A DNA stretch of 51,077 nt from a virus (Duplodnaviria > Caudoviricetes). The notes under the pieces were generated by a model, which saw nothing but the letters and a program-made list of their open reading frames with translations, did no database searches and was not told the origin of the DNA. Made by a program: the position numbers and the translations under genes. Location of the stretch: positions 1-51,077 of the IMG/VR virus record IMGVR_UViG_3300016654_000063; one strand, written 5' to 3'. Below, in pieces: positions 1 to 9,381 of the stretch (position 1 is its first letter; every line of letters begins with the position of its first letter).

Positions 1-205
1 CCGAAAGTTTTTCACCACGACCAACAGCCAAAGATGGGCCGCCTTTAGCTTTGTACTCAGGTAGTTTCCCATACGATTTTCCTTTTACGTTGGATTGCGT
101 GTACTCAGCAGCCACATCAGGACGAATCCCAACCTTCTTGGCAAACTTGGGGTTATATTCCGCAGCCTTCATTAGGCGAAACTGAGCTTTGGATTTGGCT
201 GGCAT
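1..205 (-). CDS. 5' part of a small basic phage protein that continues across the window junction into 51077..50878 (134 aa total)
   Basis: ATG at 205 overlaps the upstream TAA (TAATG). Reads MPAKSKAQFRLMKAAEYNPKFAKKVG...GRGEKLS and joins in frame to the window end. Confidence 0.85.
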   Translation of the reverse strand, partial: MPAKSKAQFRLMKAAEYNPKFAKKVGIRPDVAAEYTQSNVKGKSYGKLPEYKAKGGPSLAVGRGEKLS

Positions 206-819
206 TATGTAATCGACTGCTGAGTGATGGTAATCCGAGCGGTTCCACTCCCTGAATTCACAACCCAACGAACCGCCCGCATCAAGGTTTGAGTAAAACC
301 TGTTTTATCAGTAGTTTCTGCCACAAGATTTGCCTCTGGATGATCTACCGCCTGTTGCGTAATTGATCGATTAAACGGATCTTCGTTTGTGTATTGAATC
401 GTGTAATTGATTGTTCCAGAAACAGTGACGGAAATTGTTGTGACCTGATTCCTTGAGTAAATCTCTAAAGGAATCCAATCACCATATCCAGATTGGGCAA
501 GTCCTACCTCAATCGCCCCTGCGGTTGCAGCGCTTACTGTCACGCTAGTAACTGTCTCAAAAGTAAGACTTGTTGTGACCGTAGCATTGTTTCCACCCGC
601 AAGAGTCACAGACTGCGTACCGCCTCCGGGGCGTGTACCAGTGACAGTAAAGTTCTTCCCAGTCTCGTCCGCGACCGACTTAATCGTTACATAGGCAGGT
701 ACCGAGATCACTACAGCATTAAGAGTCAGCGGCCCCGCCATTGAGGGGGTCTGTGAACTAGCCAAAAAGTCAGCATCGGCCGCCGGAAATGCTGGAGTCG
801 TAAACTGAATAGGCTTCAT
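205..819 (-). CDS. Hypothetical virion structural protein (T/S/V-rich, beta-type)
   Basis: 204-aa ORF with an AAGGA RBS, in the structural gene block. Confidence 0.7.
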   Translation of the reverse strand: MKPIQFTTPAFPAADADFLASSQTPSMAGPLTLNAVVISVPAYVTIKSVADETGKNFTVTGTRPGGGTQSVTLAGGNNATVTTSLTFETVTSVTVSAATAGAIEVGLAQSGYGDWIPLEIYSRNQVTTISVTVSGTINYTIQYTNEDPFNRSITQQAVDHPEANLVAETTDKTGFTQTLMRAVRWVVNSGSGTARITITQQSIT

Positions 820-830
820 GAATGTCCTTT

Positions 831-857
831 AAATAAAGCGGGGGCCGAAGCCCCCAC
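831..857 (-). terminator. Rho-independent terminator (UUCG tetraloop)
   Basis: Minus strand GTGGGGGC-TTCG-GCCCCCGC-TTTATTT directly after the 863..2005 stop. Confidence 0.85.
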
Positions 858-862
858 TTGGT

Positions 863-2005
863 TCAGCAATTTACCGATCCGCCCCGCTTTTTGGCGGGAG
901 TTACCGTTACAGATTTCTCTGTTTCAGTCACGCTGCCCGCTGGCTTGTTATCTATACCAAGCATCTGCTTTGCTTTACGGAACACACGATCCGGGATTTC
1001 ACGGATGGTTCTAGCCATATCCATCTCCTCTTTCGAGGGGCCAAGGCTTTTGTCATAAGCCCCTTTAGAAAGATCTTCCGGTTTTGAGGAAGATCCTCCT
1101 TCGGCCATCTTTACCTTGCCACCTCTTTTGAAGGTGCCGGATTGAAGATTGTTCTTTACAGGAGCAGAGGCGGGCTTTTTGGGATATGCCACGGGACGGC
1201 CAGAGTCAACAAGCCCCCCCGCGGCGTAGGCTTTTTTTGCTGCACCACCTTTTTTGTAGGTTGAGTAGCCGCCCATGCCGCCATCCATCATGCCACCACC
1301 CATCATGCGGTTGACCTTTCCACCCTCTTTGTAGCCCCCAGCGTTTGCCTTCGCAACACCGCCAGTGGCATAACCTCCGGGCTTGCCCATCTTGACCTCG
1401 CCGGTCTTTTGGGGCGTGACATCTTTCTTGCCACCGTGCATTTTGGTGTTTTTGTATGACTTTGCGCCCTTTTCAGACATGGACTCCGGCAAAATTCCCT
1501 TGCCTATTTCGCCGCCATCTGCACAAGCCATACCGCCGTCTTTTTTGGACAAGAATGCTGGTTTGCCATCCTTCATTGGCATCTTGCCGCCATTTGCCAT
1601 GCCGCCATCTTTGTAGCCGCCCTGACCCATGACAACGCCACCGGTATTGAGACCCTTATGGGCCTTGCTTGCGGGCTTGGACTCATGAGACTTCAGTTCT
1701 TTTTCAAGACCTTCCATCTTTGACGTCTCTGCCTTATGCATGGACTTGGACTCTCCGCCCTCTGCCATCATAGGACGCCCCATCATAGGACGCCCCATCA
1801 TTGCTTTGCGACGATTAGCCATGGTAGGACGAGCAGGACGAGCGGCGGGCATCATGCCACCCCGACCGGGAGTAGCGGACAGAGCGCCCATGACGCCACC
1901 GTTCATCATCTTTTTGGGTTTCTCAACCTTGCCGCCTTTTTTGAGCTTCAATTCAACCGAAGGCTCAGTGGTCATCATTTTGACCATTGGTTTGAACTCA
2001 GCCAT
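863..2005 (-). CDS. Basic, K/G/M-rich low-complexity protein with many xxGG motifs; putative internal head protein
   Basis: 380 aa, AAGGAG RBS, downstream of capsid genes. Motifs include LKKGGKV, MAEGG, YATGGV, YAAGGLV, FKRGGKV. Confidence 0.7.
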   Translation of the reverse strand: MAEFKPMVKMMTTEPSVELKLKKGGKVEKPKKMMNGGVMGALSATPGRGGMMPAARPARPTMANRRKAMMGRPMMGRPMMAEGGESKSMHKAETSKMEGLEKELKSHESKPASKAHKGLNTGGVVMGQGGYKDGGMANGGKMPMKDGKPAFLSKKDGGMACADGGEIGKGILPESMSEKGAKSYKNTKMHGGKKDVTPQKTGEVKMGKPGGYATGGVAKANAGGYKEGGKVNRMMGGGMMDGGMGGYSTYKKGGAAKKAYAAGGLVDSGRPVAYPKKPASAPVKNNLQSGTFKRGGKVKMAEGGSSSKPEDLSKGAYDKSLGPSKEEMDMARTIREIPDRVFRKAKQMLGIDNKPAGSVTETEKSVTVTPAKKRGGSVNC

Positions 2006-2016
2006 GGCTTAGCTCC

Positions 2017-3048
2017 TTAGGACGGGTTAACAGCAATACCACCAGCCGAAGCAGACGGAGCGGACATGTCCACATAGATCTGACCCAGTGAGCTTGCATC
2101 GCTACCAAACTCGGTGATTCCAACCATCGCAGAGTTTTGAATCATCACGAGACCGCCGGCAGAAGCTGCCAAGGTCGCGAGAGCACTCAAAGTCGTTGAA
2201 GTAGATCCAACATTATTGATGAACGAACAATTTCTGAACAGCGCCCAACGATCCATGCCAGCAGCGGCACCAACCTTGACACCCAGAGGGCTCGCAGCAG
2301 AAGCCTGGAAAGGAAAGATGCAGTCTTGGAACGTATTACGAGCCGTGCCACCAGCAAACTCAACCGTTGCATTCGCCGCGCTACGGGCGACGGTATCGCC
2401 ACCCAAAGTGCATTGGTAGAACGAATGCTCGCCGCCACCGTTGAGCTTCAATGTGCGGGCGTCAGCACCACCAGCCGAGGCTGCATCGGCCATGCCGTAG
2501 ATATTGACATTGGAGTAAGCATTTCGGCTACCCGAGTCAGTCCAAGCAATCATGCTGGCAGAACCAGTTGAGAACCCGCAGAACACCGAGATGTTTGCAA
2601 AGTAGCAACCCGAGGCGGTCACGTTAATGAACGCATCGCTGTTGAACGTCGCAGCGGTATAGGTTCCAGTCGGCGGAGCAATACGGGCACGCTGTGCAAC
2701 TGCTGTCGGAGCGCACACACCAATGAGGTGAGTAGCGTTCTTGTTCCAGTTCAACGTACCAGCGGTGGCAGACGAGGTGATGGTTTGAGCAAGAGCGGTA
2801 GACAGACGGGCCGAACCCGCTGCGGTGCCGTCACCCATCAGAATCACAACATCATTATTGCCAGCAGTACATTTAGCCAATGCACCGTACAGAGTTTTCA
2901 GAGGAAGCTCAACACTGCCCTCGTTACCATCGGCACCGTTCTCGGGATCTACAAAAAAGTAGTTTCCCGTGAACGGAAGTCCACCGATAGTACCAAGAAC
3001 GGGAACTCCAAAACTCGTAATCCCGTTAGGGAAGTTAGTCAAGGACAT
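2017..3048 (-). CDS. Virion structural/capsid-associated protein (possible beta-helix)
   Basis: Likely start MSLTNFPNG at 3048 (GGGAG RBS). A/G/S/T-rich; directly follows the major capsid gene. Confidence 0.65.
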   Translation of the reverse strand: MSLTNFPNGITSFGVPVLGTIGGLPFTGNYFFVDPENGADGNEGSVELPLKTLYGALAKCTAGNNDVVILMGDGTAAGSARLSTALAQTITSSATAGTLNWNKNATHLIGVCAPTAVAQRARIAPPTGTYTAATFNSDAFINVTASGCYFANISVFCGFSTGSASMIAWTDSGSRNAYSNVNIYGMADAASAGGADARTLKLNGGGEHSFYQCTLGGDTVARSAANATVEFAGGTARNTFQDCIFPFQASAASPLGVKVGAAAGMDRWALFRNCSFINNVGSTSTTLSALATLAASAGGLVMIQNSAMVGITEFGSDASSLGQIYVDMSAPSASAGGIAVNPS

Positions 3049-3070
3049 TTTAGTCTCCCGTTCTTGTAGG

Positions 3071-3988
3071 TTAAACGCCGGGAGTGCCGTACAGGGCACG
3101 CGGGTCGGTGAAGCCGATGTCATAACGCTCGGTGGCTTTGTACCGCATGGTGTCGGTCTCAAAGTCGCCTTCCATCGTCTTTTCCAGACGACGGCGCATC
3201 ATGAGTTTCATGCCTTCCGGCGCATCGGTTTGAACCCACCAAGCGGTGGGAGAGGTCAGACGCGACATAACAGCGGCACCCTCATCGAGCAAGCCAATCG
3301 ACTTGACGGGGTTGATGTCGTTGTTAGCGTTGCCGGCACGGAGAACCGACTTCAGCAGCACCTCGGCTTGGAAGACGTTGCCCGGGGCTACCACCAGTTG
3401 GCGGGGAACCAGACGAATCTTCTTGCCGTTGTTGTCCACAGCCTGGCGGATCTGGATCAGCATCTGCTCAAGCGACGTTTGCGACAGGTTTGCCGCAGTG
3501 GTCAGCAGGTTGCTGAACGTACCGTTGACGATGGGGTGCGAAGCGCTGTTCAGGGCTACGCCGTCACCACCAGCATACTGACCGCCGGTAAAGGCATTGT
3601 TCAGCACGTTAGCAGCCAACGTCTCCTTCGTCTCAATCAGGGACTGAGCGAGGTGGCGGGCGTAAACCTGACCAATACGGATGTGGTCGCCGTCCTCAAC
3701 CAGCACTTTGGTCAACGCGAAGGCAAGGCCAAACACGTTGTAGACATAGCGCTTGAGGAACAGAACACCACCCTGTTGGTACGTCACCGGGGTGCCGTCA
3801 GGCATCTGCGGTGCTGCACCAAAGCCGTACAGAACCGGCTCTTCATGGTAGTTGCGGGGAATGCCTTCTTGTTCGCGGAACACACGGCTCCACTCGTCGG
3901 CACGTTGATCATAGACTCCATCGAAACATTCGTTGAGGATAGGCTCAACGATGGAACGAAAGTCTGTACTACGCATCGGGGCTGCCAT
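3071..3988 (-). CDS. Major capsid protein (resembles Mu gpT-like, HK97-fold capsids)
   Basis: 305 aa, AAGGAGG RBS. Motifs GGDGVAL..ASHP, P.QLVV.P and YKATERY..G..DPR; located after scaffold and portal. Confidence 0.85.
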   Translation of the reverse strand: MAAPMRSTDFRSIVEPILNECFDGVYDQRADEWSRVFREQEGIPRNYHEEPVLYGFGAAPQMPDGTPVTYQQGGVLFLKRYVYNVFGLAFALTKVLVEDGDHIRIGQVYARHLAQSLIETKETLAANVLNNAFTGGQYAGGDGVALNSASHPIVNGTFSNLLTTAANLSQTSLEQMLIQIRQAVDNNGKKIRLVPRQLVVAPGNVFQAEVLLKSVLRAGNANNDINPVKSIGLLDEGAAVMSRLTSPTAWWVQTDAPEGMKLMMRRRLEKTMEGDFETDTMRYKATERYDIGFTDPRALYGTPGV

Positions 3989-4001
3989 TTTTTAGCCCTC
4001 C

Positions 4002-4574
4002 TTAGATAGCGTTAACGGACGCATTGACCTGCGACTCGTTAATGGTTACACGCACAATCGTGTACGCATCGCCCCAAGCATTGTCGGGGTAGGGGGCCAG
4101 ATCACGAATCAGCATCTGTGCGCTATTGCCCGCGCCCACCAAAGAGGTGGACAGCGTACAAGCAGACAGACCCGTAGTCGTGGAGCCAGCGGTCGTGTTG
4201 CTCAGATCGGCCATATCGCCCACAGACGTTTGGGCCAAAGAGCCAGCGGCTTGAATTTCATAAACGATGTTGGGATCGTTGTAGAAATAAGCCACGCACG
4301 AACCAGTCTGATACGCCGTAGAGGCGGGCCAGTAGTTCGATACACGACGGCGACCAGTGGTGTCGGTAAACTCAACACCAGCAAAGGCACCCACGAAGGA
4401 AACACCAGCAGCCGCCGGTTCAATTTGTCCGCCAGTCACATACTTGACCGGCTGACCTTTCAGAATGTCCGAGGAGAACCCCGAGACAATACCGCCAGCC
4501 AGCGCCTGAGCGCGATCCAGACCGGAAGGGTGGAACGCGGGACGCAGACCAAACGGAGCGCTTGTTGCAGACAT
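4002..4574 (-). CDS. Putative capsid decoration/cement protein
   Basis: 190 aa starting SAPFGLRP, immediately upstream of the capsid gene, AGGAG RBS. Confidence 0.6.
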   Translation of the reverse strand: MSATSAPFGLRPAFHPSGLDRAQALAGGIVSGFSSDILKGQPVKYVTGGQIEPAAAGVSFVGAFAGVEFTDTTGRRRVSNYWPASTAYQTGSCVAYFYNDPNIVYEIQAAGSLAQTSVGDMADLSNTTAGSTTTGLSACTLSTSLVGAGNSAQMLIRDLAPYPDNAWGDAYTIVRVTINESQVNASVNAI

Positions 4575-4591
4575 GATTTTGCTCCTAAAAG

Positions 4592-5134
4592 TTAACCCTC
4601 GAAAACGGGGGCTTGATTGGTTTGATCAATACGCCCCAATCCGTCGCCTTCCAACTGCACCAGTCGCCTGCCGTTGCTGTCTCGGGCACCTTGAAGGTTT
4701 TCCACTTGGATTCGGATTTTTTCCTCTTCCTCGCGGGGCTTCTCGTAGTGCCAGTGCGTCATGACATCTTGGTAGATATCCATGGGCAACTTGAACAACA
4801 ACATTTCATTGCAAGCAATGTATCCAACGTGTTCGCCAGACTTGACTCGGAAATTGTCATACCCGGGCAACTCTTCCGCTTTCACGGGAACGTAACCAAG
4901 GCGCACTCTCTTGTCAATTGTGTCGTATGAGTTGGTAGTTGAAAGCCAGCACAGATGCCACCCCGGGATTTCCGGGATCTTGGGGAGTGCTGATTGCGTC
5001 CACTCATCGCTAAACATCTTGCGACGTTCCTGCGAAATTGTGAACTTTTCCTCCGGCGGTCGGCGGGTGGCGTCCTCGCTTGCGCGATCTTGGCGACCAC
5101 CGGCCTGAAGGGATTTTTTGAGTCTACTGTCCAT
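4592..5134 (-). CDS. Hypothetical head-module protein
   Basis: ORF with PKIPEIPGWHLCWLS...GYVPV, between scaffold and capsid genes. Confidence 0.7.
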   Translation of the reverse strand: MDSRLKKSLQAGGRQDRASEDATRRPPEEKFTISQERRKMFSDEWTQSALPKIPEIPGWHLCWLSTTNSYDTIDKRVRLGYVPVKAEELPGYDNFRVKSGEHVGYIACNEMLLFKLPMDIYQDVMTHWHYEKPREEEEKIRIQVENLQGARDSNGRRLVQLEGDGLGRIDQTNQAPVFEG

Positions 5135-5136
5135 TT

Positions 5137-6078
5137 TCAACTCCTGTATCCTTGATTTTGCCTAGCGTACTCGGCGTATCTGCGGATCATCTTGTTTCGT
5201 TTTTCAGGATCTTCCCACATACCGCTATCTTTCATCGCCCGAACTTGCTCGGGAGACAAAGTGAAGGTGTTTTTTCCACCCGACCCTGCGGCTGATTCGC
5301 GTCCAGATCCAGTCACGATTCCTCTCGGTTTACTACGTCGATATGAACTGTCGGTAGATTCATTGTATCTATGAGAAACGTATCTTTGCAAGCGATTATC
5401 CAATTCTTCCCAATATTCGGGAGAAGTGGCATCCCATCCTTCGGATGTCAATTTCTCATCGACTTGTTTTGCAATTTTACTATCCAAATCATCGCCATTT
5501 GGATTGAACCAAGAATTTCTTTCCATCCAGTCTGCCGCCAGACGCTGCAGGCGGGGATCTGGAATGTTTGATTTAGCTTGGGGGGTCTCTGCTTGTTTTT
5601 TAAGATTCTTTAGAGCATCGGCCTGTTGCTTGGATTCAAGCCACATTTCCTGCGCCCGCGCCATAGCGTTTCCGTCCTTGGACTGCGCGGCCTCAGACAG
5701 CTTCATCTTGGCATAATTAACTCTTAGCTCGGAATCTTCAATGGCCTTGTCAATTCGGGCAAGATCGGCGGAGTGGGTTTTTCTCTCAACAACGGAGAGA
5801 CGCTGAAGCAGTTCCTCGTTCTGTCGCTGCAAATGTTGCAGCTTTATATCTTTTTCGGCGTTTGTTTGCCTGACCAACTGCTTTTTTGCTCTTCGCCTCT
5901 CTCGGCGGGCGTTTCTGAGCGCATCTGAATCGCCCGGTTGATCTTCATCATCACCGGGGGGCAAAGAATCGTCTTCTTCCGCCTGCGGATTGGGAATATC
6001 CTCGGGCAGGTCAACAACAGCAGAGCCGTCGTTTTCTTCTTTGACCTCAATAGGAGGTTCTTTGGTTTCGGTATTCAT
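5137..6078 (-). CDS. Putative capsid scaffolding protein
   Basis: Acidic N-terminus, long coiled coil, C-terminal LSPEQVRAMK..G segment; sits between portal and capsid genes. Confidence 0.7.
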   Translation of the reverse strand: MNTETKEPPIEVKEENDGSAVVDLPEDIPNPQAEEDDSLPPGDDEDQPGDSDALRNARRERRRAKKQLVRQTNAEKDIKLQHLQRQNEELLQRLSVVERKTHSADLARIDKAIEDSELRVNYAKMKLSEAAQSKDGNAMARAQEMWLESKQQADALKNLKKQAETPQAKSNIPDPRLQRLAADWMERNSWFNPNGDDLDSKIAKQVDEKLTSEGWDATSPEYWEELDNRLQRYVSHRYNESTDSSYRRSKPRGIVTGSGRESAAGSGGKNTFTLSPEQVRAMKDSGMWEDPEKRNKMIRRYAEYARQNQGYRS

Positions 6079-6086
6079 GTCTTACC

Positions 6087-6512
6087 TCAAATGAAAGCAC
6101 GCATCTCTAGGGGGTTGCCAGTGACTTTGGCAATAACTTCATGGTCGTTCAGGATCATGAACAGCGCTTTTTCGTCGCCGGGAATTTCTACCTCCCAACG
6201 ATCTCCGCCCCACTTGGGAACGCGGATGTAATCCCCTACCTCACACCAAGAGCCTTCGGGCCAGCCTTGCATGGTGTCGCGGTTTTTGAACGCAAGCGGC
6301 CCAATCTCGATCACCTTGGCGACCATGTTGTTCCACTTCTCGGCTTCTTTGGTTTCTTCAACCAAAATAATTCCCGCTGCGGTTGCTTTCTTTTGGGTGC
6401 GGCGCAATTGAACAAGAATACGCCCACCAAGAGGTTTTGCACCGGGATCTACACTCGGGAATGCCCAAGCAATGTCAGCGTTGTTAAACGCTTCCGGCTC
6501 ATTCATCTTCAT
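6087..6512 (-). CDS. groES: GroES/Cpn10-like co-chaperonin
   Basis: KPLGGRILV, TAAGIILVE mobile-loop motif, AKVIEIGP, EVGD and ILNDHEVIAKV match the Cpn10 pattern. Confidence 0.85.
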   Translation of the reverse strand: MKMNEPEAFNNADIAWAFPSVDPGAKPLGGRILVQLRRTQKKATAAGIILVEETKEAEKWNNMVAKVIEIGPLAFKNRDTMQGWPEGSWCEVGDYIRVPKWGGDRWEVEIPGDEKALFMILNDHEVIAKVTGNPLEMRAFI

Positions 6513-6684
6513 CTTCTTCCTTTAGAAGGTTATTAAGGATGTCCAAGGCTTCTTTTAGCCCCGAATAATGACCAATCATTCGCTGATAAGTCTCCCACGA
6601 TGCGGCATTTCCATCCGCCAGGGACAGGCGTATTTCAGCCTTACGAGACTCAATCGCGCCAATGTAATCTTCTAGATATCTCAT
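6499..6684 (-). CDS. Small hypothetical protein
   Basis: 61-aa ORF overlapping both neighbours (coupled). Confidence 0.7.
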   Translation of the reverse strand: MRYLEDYIGAIESRKAEIRLSLADGNAASWETYQRMIGHYSGLKEALDILNNLLKEEDEDE

Positions 6685-6818
6685 TTTTTCTTGGGCTGTG
6701 TCAGCGCTCCTTGTTTTTTGGGTTGCTCTTTCAGCGAAGTGCCGTCAAGTTTCTCGCCCGCGGCGATGCGTTTATGCAGGCGAACTGCTTCATTGTGGTA
6801 CGGGTTTTGGGTAGCCAT
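6681..6818 (-). CDS. Small basic hypothetical protein
   Basis: MATQNPYHNEAVRLHKRIAAGEKL..., GGAG RBS at the end of the portal gene. Confidence 0.6.
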   Translation of the reverse strand: MATQNPYHNEAVRLHKRIAAGEKLDGTSLKEQPKKQGALTQPKKK

Positions 6819-6819
6819 T

Positions 6820-9372
6820 TCACACTCCAAGTTGACGTTGCGCCTCATTTTGGAGGCGGATTGCAGTTTCGTACTGCTCAGTTTGCAATATTGCCGCATC
6901 TCGCGTCAATTCTGCGGATTTGATTCTTTCTTCCGTCAGGTTGTCGTTGGCATTCAAGGCAACCTCAATTTGTTTGTCGGCGGCAAATTGCTCATTGTCT
7001 GCCTGCAACTTGGCCGCGCCCAATTGAGCGTCTTGCTGTTGTTTCTGCGCCCGCAGTTCAAGTTCAGCCTTGTCTCTAGCAGCACGACGCTGTGTTTCGG
7101 CCATGCTGGTTTCCATGATGACCTGAGCGTCTGGGGTAAGTTGTGGTTTCGGAGTAAGTTGCTGCATTGACTGCAATAGTTGACCAATAAGTGGCACGAT
7201 CTTGCCAAATGCTTGTTCACTGTCCATTTTTACATGTTGTGATGCAATAGCAAACACCTTGTCAATCTCGCTGGTCAATTTTTTGTTCTCGTATTCCTCT
7301 TCAGTCAGCATTTTATTATTACGAGACTTGGAAACATAACTGTTCATTCGGTTCAGATACCACAGAACCATATGCTGCTTGATATGTTCCAGACTTCTTG
7401 GCAGATAAAAAGAAGCCATGATCGGATTCCCACCAAACGCGGGGTTCAGGGCAAAATCCAAGTGGCTTTGGATGTGGGCTAAATGGTCTTGCTGGATGTA
7501 GGCAAAGGCGTTTTGTCCCAAAGCCATAGCCACGTTCTCGTCTGCCGGGGTTCTTTCCTCCGGCGCTGCTGTATCTTTGAGTAGTTCGTTGATGCCGGGG
7601 ATTTTTAACTGCTTGAGGAACCTCTGCTCAACAGCAAGCCGGTTGTACAGGTCAGGGGCCGCTTGAGATCGCGCCAAAACCGCTTGCATCTGCGCCATTC
7701 TCTGGGTTTCAGAGAAGATATGCGGGTCGGAGACGGGAACAACGTCTGTATTTCTTCGGAAATCCTCTTGTTCTATCTCCAGATCGGCAACAATCTCGCC
7801 TTTTCTTTGGTCTTCCAAGTACCAACGATTCAGACGGCCCAGAATCTTCAGAACTCGCCCCTGAGCATCATGTAAACGGGCGTGAATGGCTGAGAAAACG
7901 GCTGCGCCTTGTTCAATCAGGGCTTGAGTTGTTCCAACTGGCGCGTTGGAGGTCACATCGGCGATTTTTTCCTCTGCGGTGGTCACAACTCCCCGGGCGG
8001 CTTTGTCCAGATAGCCAACAAGCTCAAACAAAACTTGAGATGGGGGGTTAAATGGCATGGGCATGGCAATTTTTCGGATGTCATCCACGCCCGGAGCCGC
8101 CTCAATTTCTGCTACTTGGGTTACGTCCACCTGTTGGGACTGCCCAGACAGCTTTGCGCCCTTGAGTTTGAGCATCGTGGCGGCGTTGTTGATGTGCGCC
8201 GAGTCCAGAAGCGCTCGAATACCGCCCGTCAGGGCCGCAGAAAGCCCCCCTATGAGGTGCGGAAGCCCGATAGCATAGGCACCCCGCCAAGGAATGAATT
8301 TGAACTCCACGACCCAATCCAGTTTGGTCATGGTTTCATCGCCTTCTTCCCAGTTTCTGTATAAACCAACAACTTCGTTGTCCAGTTTGTCGATCATCAG
8401 GATGTACGGGGCGCTTTCTCCTTTGGAAAACCGATCATCATCCAGTTCCAGCCATGTATAGACATGGTAAACAGTGCGCTCGTTGTCATCGTTGTCCTGC
8501 CACTTTTTGCCTTCGATCTTGTCGTTGGCCTTCTGTGCTCTGGATTCCTCCGGCTGCATCGTAGCGCGGATCAGATCAATGTTCCGATACAGACCAGTAC
8601 GAATCCGACGCTTGAATTCCCACTCCGTCAGGACATGAACCTCGGTTGCTCGTTGGGCGGTGTAGAAGTTGGTAGCAGAAAACGGAACAATTACTCGGTC
8701 AATCGGCATGAATTCAGCACACGGGCGCTTCTTTTGCTCGTCGTACCAGAGTTTTAGATATTGAGACCCACCTAAAGGCAGTTGCGTCAGCAGTTGTTCC
8801 TGCTCGTCCCTGAATTCTTCGATTTGTTCTGTCAACTGCCAGTTCATGTAATCGCGTTTGCGCTCGGCTCGGGCGGTTTTTTCCTCGTCCGCCTCACCCA
8901 TGATTTTGGTTTTCACGGGGCCGTCTGGGGGGAAGAGTTCTTTAATTGCTCTGGAGGCAAAATCTATGCAGGCTTCGGCCATCACAGGGTGTACTACTTT
9001 AGAGGCACCCATGAACGTAGCGCCGCCGGGAGCGTCTTTGCCCAGACCTGTTCGCTTTAGCCCTTCTTCGTACTGTTTATCACGCTCTTCGCGGGCTTCT
9101 TTGTCCTTCTCGATCAGTTCCGTATAGCGCAGGGCCATTGAACTTAGGTCAAGCGGGTCAATGATCTCGGCAAGGTTGCTGTAGAACTCCTCGTCCTCCA
9201 TCGGGCCTTCGGTTTCCATCTTGACCACGGCAGATCCGTCTGGAAGCTCCTCGATTTCTGTCGTCTCTTCCGGCAGTTCAAACTCAAGCTCTTCTTCCTG
9301 CGTCTCAGGTTGATCCGAAATGCCGGGTACAAATCGCCCGTATTCGGGATCAATGGGGAATTCTGTAGCCAT
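6820..9372 (-). CDS. Portal protein (P22-like)
   Basis: 850 aa following TerL. Motifs include VVHPVMAEACIDF and APVGTTQALIEQG, with a C-terminal Q-rich coiled-coil barrel. Confidence 0.85.
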   Translation of the reverse strand: MATEFPIDPEYGRFVPGISDQPETQEEELEFELPEETTEIEELPDGSAVVKMETEGPMEDEEFYSNLAEIIDPLDLSSMALRYTELIEKDKEAREERDKQYEEGLKRTGLGKDAPGGATFMGASKVVHPVMAEACIDFASRAIKELFPPDGPVKTKIMGEADEEKTARAERKRDYMNWQLTEQIEEFRDEQEQLLTQLPLGGSQYLKLWYDEQKKRPCAEFMPIDRVIVPFSATNFYTAQRATEVHVLTEWEFKRRIRTGLYRNIDLIRATMQPEESRAQKANDKIEGKKWQDNDDNERTVYHVYTWLELDDDRFSKGESAPYILMIDKLDNEVVGLYRNWEEGDETMTKLDWVVEFKFIPWRGAYAIGLPHLIGGLSAALTGGIRALLDSAHINNAATMLKLKGAKLSGQSQQVDVTQVAEIEAAPGVDDIRKIAMPMPFNPPSQVLFELVGYLDKAARGVVTTAEEKIADVTSNAPVGTTQALIEQGAAVFSAIHARLHDAQGRVLKILGRLNRWYLEDQRKGEIVADLEIEQEDFRRNTDVVPVSDPHIFSETQRMAQMQAVLARSQAAPDLYNRLAVEQRFLKQLKIPGINELLKDTAAPEERTPADENVAMALGQNAFAYIQQDHLAHIQSHLDFALNPAFGGNPIMASFYLPRSLEHIKQHMVLWYLNRMNSYVSKSRNNKMLTEEEYENKKLTSEIDKVFAIASQHVKMDSEQAFGKIVPLIGQLLQSMQQLTPKPQLTPDAQVIMETSMAETQRRAARDKAELELRAQKQQQDAQLGAAKLQADNEQFAADKQIEVALNANDNLTEERIKSAELTRDAAILQTEQYETAIRLQNEAQRQLGV

Positions 9373-9381
9373 ACTTTGCCT

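Noticed and set aside
3049-3162. Open frame overlapping the capsid 3' end, suggesting a T7 10B-like frameshift extension
   Set aside because: I saw no convincing slippery sequence, and the downstream gene has its own RBS and ATG at 3048
2969-4009. 346-aa plus-strand ORF antisense to the major capsid gene
   Set aside because: It mirrors a strongly codon-biased gene and has no recognisable motif; a typical antisense shadow ORF
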